Assembly (NCBI RefSeq): GCF_000142905.1
Contig: NW_013657660.1
Span: 458,056-522,055 of the forward strand
Direction: 5' to 3'
Origin: Thecamonas trahens ATCC 50062
Lineage: Eukaryota > Protista > Apusomonadida
DNA length: 64,000 nt
Shown in pieces: positions 61,357 to 64,000 of this stretch. Below the pieces are notes generated by a model. The model did no database searches. It was not told the DNA's origin and saw only the letters and a list, made by a program, of their open reading frames with translations. Within the stretch, counting starts at the first letter, position 1. Every line of letters begins with the position of its first letter. The position numbers were made by a program, and so were the translations under genes.

Positions 61357-64000
61357 ATGGCTGCCTACTACATGCTCCTTCCGAAACGAAAGGGGGATTT
61401 TGGCGAGCTTCTTCCCGCCACCGCTCATGGAATGGGCAAAGAACTGGAATTGGCCATCGAGATGCTGCTCGTGATGTGCAAGAACAACACCACACTCTCA
61501 TTTTCCAAACTGGAGGATCTCATCCCAAGGTCCAGATGCATACGTGACGGAAAGACTGTCGCCGAGCTTGGAAAATTGCCGGTTGAAGGTGATCAGGACC
61601 ATGACTTCTTCAACGACTTTGGAAAGTGGCGTCTTGAACTGTGGCCTGGGAAGGTTTCACTGGATGGCATTGATGTCGGGGATGCTGACTGGTTGAAGGC
61701 TTGGGACGCACTGAACGATGAAGTGAGAGACAAAGCACCACTCGAACCGTGGGTTCGGCTGATCGCCGCTGCAGCTGAACGTGATGATAGTACTGGAACA
61801 AGTTTTGGCAGTGCATGTAGCCGGCACCCGAACTGCATGGCGGGCCTTACCGCCTTTGTCATCCTTCTGCTTGCAGCCGCTATCCTTTTCCTTGGTCTCG
61901 GTCTTCCAACATTCACGCATCGTGACGATCTCGACAAGTCACTATACAACAACCCGATCTATACCCGTGAGGTTTCACTGACCAACCAGACGTGCTACAA
62001 GGCGCTCCGCGACGCTGTGGGAGATGACGGCTTTGTGGGCGACATTCTCGGCGACATCATTCCTGGATCACTCGTCACGAGCATCACCTTGCTATCTACC
62101 GGTGTGCCACCGCTGGTGTTTACAGTGGCTCCTCGCTCGCTGCACCTACATCTCGCACGCAATCTAGGGTTTTGGCACGCTGTGGGCTCCGATGTCTCGT
62201 TCGGTGTCTTCTCGAGCTCGACGTCGGAGATTGACCTTCAAGTGGAGATCTCTGAGGACGCCCGGTTGTGCATCACACGCTTGTCGATGTGCACGGCGCG
62301 CGATTGCCGGCTCGGGGCACTGGCGCTACTTGCTGGACTGGAAGACCACGGCGTGTCGTCGCTTTTGTTCAAGAGTGATGGCGGCGCACTTTTCTCCTGG
62401 GGCGGCGACAACGGGCTCACCATCCACAACTATTGGCACTCGCTGGATCGAGCAACGGTGGTGTTTGGCTCCATCTTGGTCATTGTCGGTTTTGGGGTGG
62501 TCATCGCTGCTGGTATGTTCTGGCCTGAGGTGCTAGCGTTGCTTGGCAAGGCCACGGTCCGCGTGCCGCTCGAGACGGACGAGGATATGCAGATTAATGT
62601 GGCCGTAGCCCAAGCGCGTGGGCTTCCGGTTCTGGCGTTTTTCGGGACACTCATGGTGCTCAACAGCGAGGCAGGTGATGCTACGCGGGGGGTGTCACAC
62701 TTTGCAATTGCTTGGTGCGCCGTCACCGCGCTGGCCATTGGCGGAGGACAGGTCTTGTTGCTGTCATCAAAGGCTCCTAAGCGAAGTAACTCTGCAACCA
62801 TTCTTCTTTCATTTACCTCCTTCTGCGTCGTGGCGGGAACTGTTCTTGCCTTTGTGTATGAGGGCGCTAGCCGTCTCCATGCTCTCGTAGTCTTCGCTGC
62901 TGCGGTGGGGGGTGCGATGTTGATGGCGTTGCCTACCTTTGGTACACCCGTGACCGGCACAATGCGGCCGTGCCTGTCATGGGTGGCCTCAACAACCCGC
63001 GTGGGCCTTGGTCGTTTCCATGCTTGTCTCATCTCCTTGCCAATTGCCTTGGCGCTGCCATGGTGGGTCTTAGCTTCAATGATCGAACCAATCCAGTTTG
63101 CGCTACAGTTTCTGGTGGCAATTAGTGTTGCGGCTGAAGTGGCGCTCATGCTCAAGCGGCAGCAGGGATTGTTTGCAAGTCGCGACGAGGTCTTCAGGGG
63201 CATGCTGCTCAAGCGCTGCAGAACGGATGGCGACCACAGAATCCCGCCACGGAGACACGACTTCGCCGCTGTTGGACCAAAGTCCGATTCTGGCCAACTT
63301 GTGCTGGCTGTGGCCCAAGCTTGCAACCGCGGGTCCGAGAATCTAGTAGGGTCCCACTTTCGCCATTACGCTGTACACGTTGACCACGCCCGCAACGAGT
63401 ACCGCCGATGGCTAATGGGAGCTGTGCTCCCCGTCGTGGAGATGGCCGTAGTGGTGGCGGTGGTCATAGTGGCCTACCCTGCCGTGCTTGACTCGATTAT
63501 GCTGCCGAGTGACGAGTCACTTCCTCTTTTTGCCTTTGTCGTCGGCGCAGTTGTGCTACGCGGCATGCGGCTGCAGTCAGGTGGGTCGGGCATAGATTTG
63601 TCCGGGCTGGCCAGGCAAGGAGACGAGGAAGAAGGTGACGATAGTGAGGAGCCAGCGACCAAGGATGAGCTGCGCTCCGCTGTCGAGCGCGTGGTGCGTG
63701 TTGTGGTGGGCTCGCGACTGATTCATGGATTGGCTGAAGGTGAAAAGGATGGACTCGTCCGCCTGGTTGAGGAAATCGAAGAGATTGGGACTGGTGAGGA
63801 CGAGGATGCTTGGACAACGTGGTTGCGGGCGTGTGGCGTCAAGATGAAAGAGTGGCGGGGTAACCCAGACTACAAGGACTCCGTTGGCAAGATTGTCGCC
63901 GCCGAGTCGGATAACTTTAACTTCAGGTCATGGGGGTTTCTCGAAGATTTCTCAGCTCGGGGGAACCTGCCGCTAGTGCGTGCCATGAACTGTGATTGTC
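61357..64000 (+). CDS. Large multi-pass membrane protein of unknown family, 3'-partial
   Basis: Manual translation gives a stop-free frame from 61234 to the window end, first ATG at 61357. Hydrophobic segments include GLTAFVILLLAAAILFLGLGL, VVFGSILVIVGFGVVIAAGMF, ILLSFTSFCVVAGTVLAFV and LMGAVLPVVEMAVVVAVVIVAY. Confidence 0.8.
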   Translation, partial: MAAYYMLLPKRKGDFGELLPATAHGMGKELELAIEMLLVMCKNNTTLSFSKLEDLIPRSRCIRDGKTVAELGKLPVEGDQDHDFFNDFGKWRLELWPGKVSLDGIDVGDADWLKAWDALNDEVRDKAPLEPWVRLIAAAAERDDSTGTSFGSACSRHPNCMAGLTAFVILLLAAAILFLGLGLPTFTHRDDLDKSLYNNPIYTREVSLTNQTCYKALRDAVGDDGFVGDILGDIIPGSLVTSITLLSTGVPPLVFTVAPRSLHLHLARNLGFWHAVGSDVSFGVFSSSTSEIDLQVEISEDARLCITRLSMCTARDCRLGALALLAGLEDHGVSSLLFKSDGGALFSWGGDNGLTIHNYWHSLDRATVVFGSILVIVGFGVVIAAGMFWPEVLALLGKATVRVPLETDEDMQINVAVAQARGLPVLAFFGTLMVLNSEAGDATRGVSHFAIAWCAVTALAIGGGQVLLLSSKAPKRSNSATILLSFTSFCVVAGTVLAFVYEGASRLHALVVFAAAVGGAMLMALPTFGTPVTGTMRPCLSWVASTTRVGLGRFHACLISLPIALALPWWVLASMIEPIQFALQFLVAISVAAEVALMLKRQQGLFASRDEVFRGMLLKRCRTDGDHRIPPRRHDFAAVGPKSDSGQLVLAVAQACNRGSENLVGSHFRHYAVHVDHARNEYRRWLMGAVLPVVEMAVVVAVVIVAYPAVLDSIMLPSDESLPLFAFVVGAVVLRGMRLQSGGSGIDLSGLARQGDEEEGDDSEEPATKDELRSAVERVVRVVVGSRLIHGLAEGEKDGLVRLVEEIEEIGTGEDEDAWTTWLRACGVKMKEWRGNPDYKDSVGKIVAAESDNFNFRSWGFLEDFSARGNLPLVRAMNCDC

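Noticed and set aside
62430-63326. 298-aa minus-strand ORF
   Set aside because: Antisense shadow of the longer plus-strand membrane-protein frame

Overview
This is a gene-dense, GC-rich, intron-poor eukaryotic nuclear segment from a draft assembly with four N gaps. The gene set points to a flagellated protist near the opisthokont/amoebozoan part of the tree, and an apusomonad such as Thecamonas would fit (inference only). About 25 protein genes are recognisable: DUSP19, PUM3/Puf6, a C2H2 zinc-finger protein with a His-rich domain, SMC3, a Na+/H+ exchanger, a small secreted NTF2/SnoaL-like protein, CFAP100, a class-V PLP enzyme, two orphan proteins with internally duplicated domains, a probable SLF2/FAM178 (CANIN) protein, NR2C2AP, a Cdc123-like ATP-grasp protein, an F-BAR/double-PH protein, a GT4 glycosyltransferase, mitochondrial AspRS, a 12-blade Kelch protein, a Furry/Mor2-like protein, WDR34, an acidic protein, a Costars-family protein, PAF1, a Ulp1/SENP protease, CUL2, and a long multi-pass membrane ORF that runs off the right edge and is absent from the ORF track. 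I found no rRNA, tRNA, CRISPR array or recognisable transposon, and no clear multi-gene novel system. The most notable signals are: (i) eight convergent gene pairs with stop codons only 15-75 bp apart and a recurrent (A/C)GTAAA-type 3' motif; (ii) repeated -1 frame breaks inside otherwise intact genes; (iii) a candidate metal-sensing zinc-finger factor; (iv) the orphan duplicated domains; and (v) introns with C-rich 5' and G/T-rich 3' halves. All family assignments come from motif recognition by eye, not from database searches.
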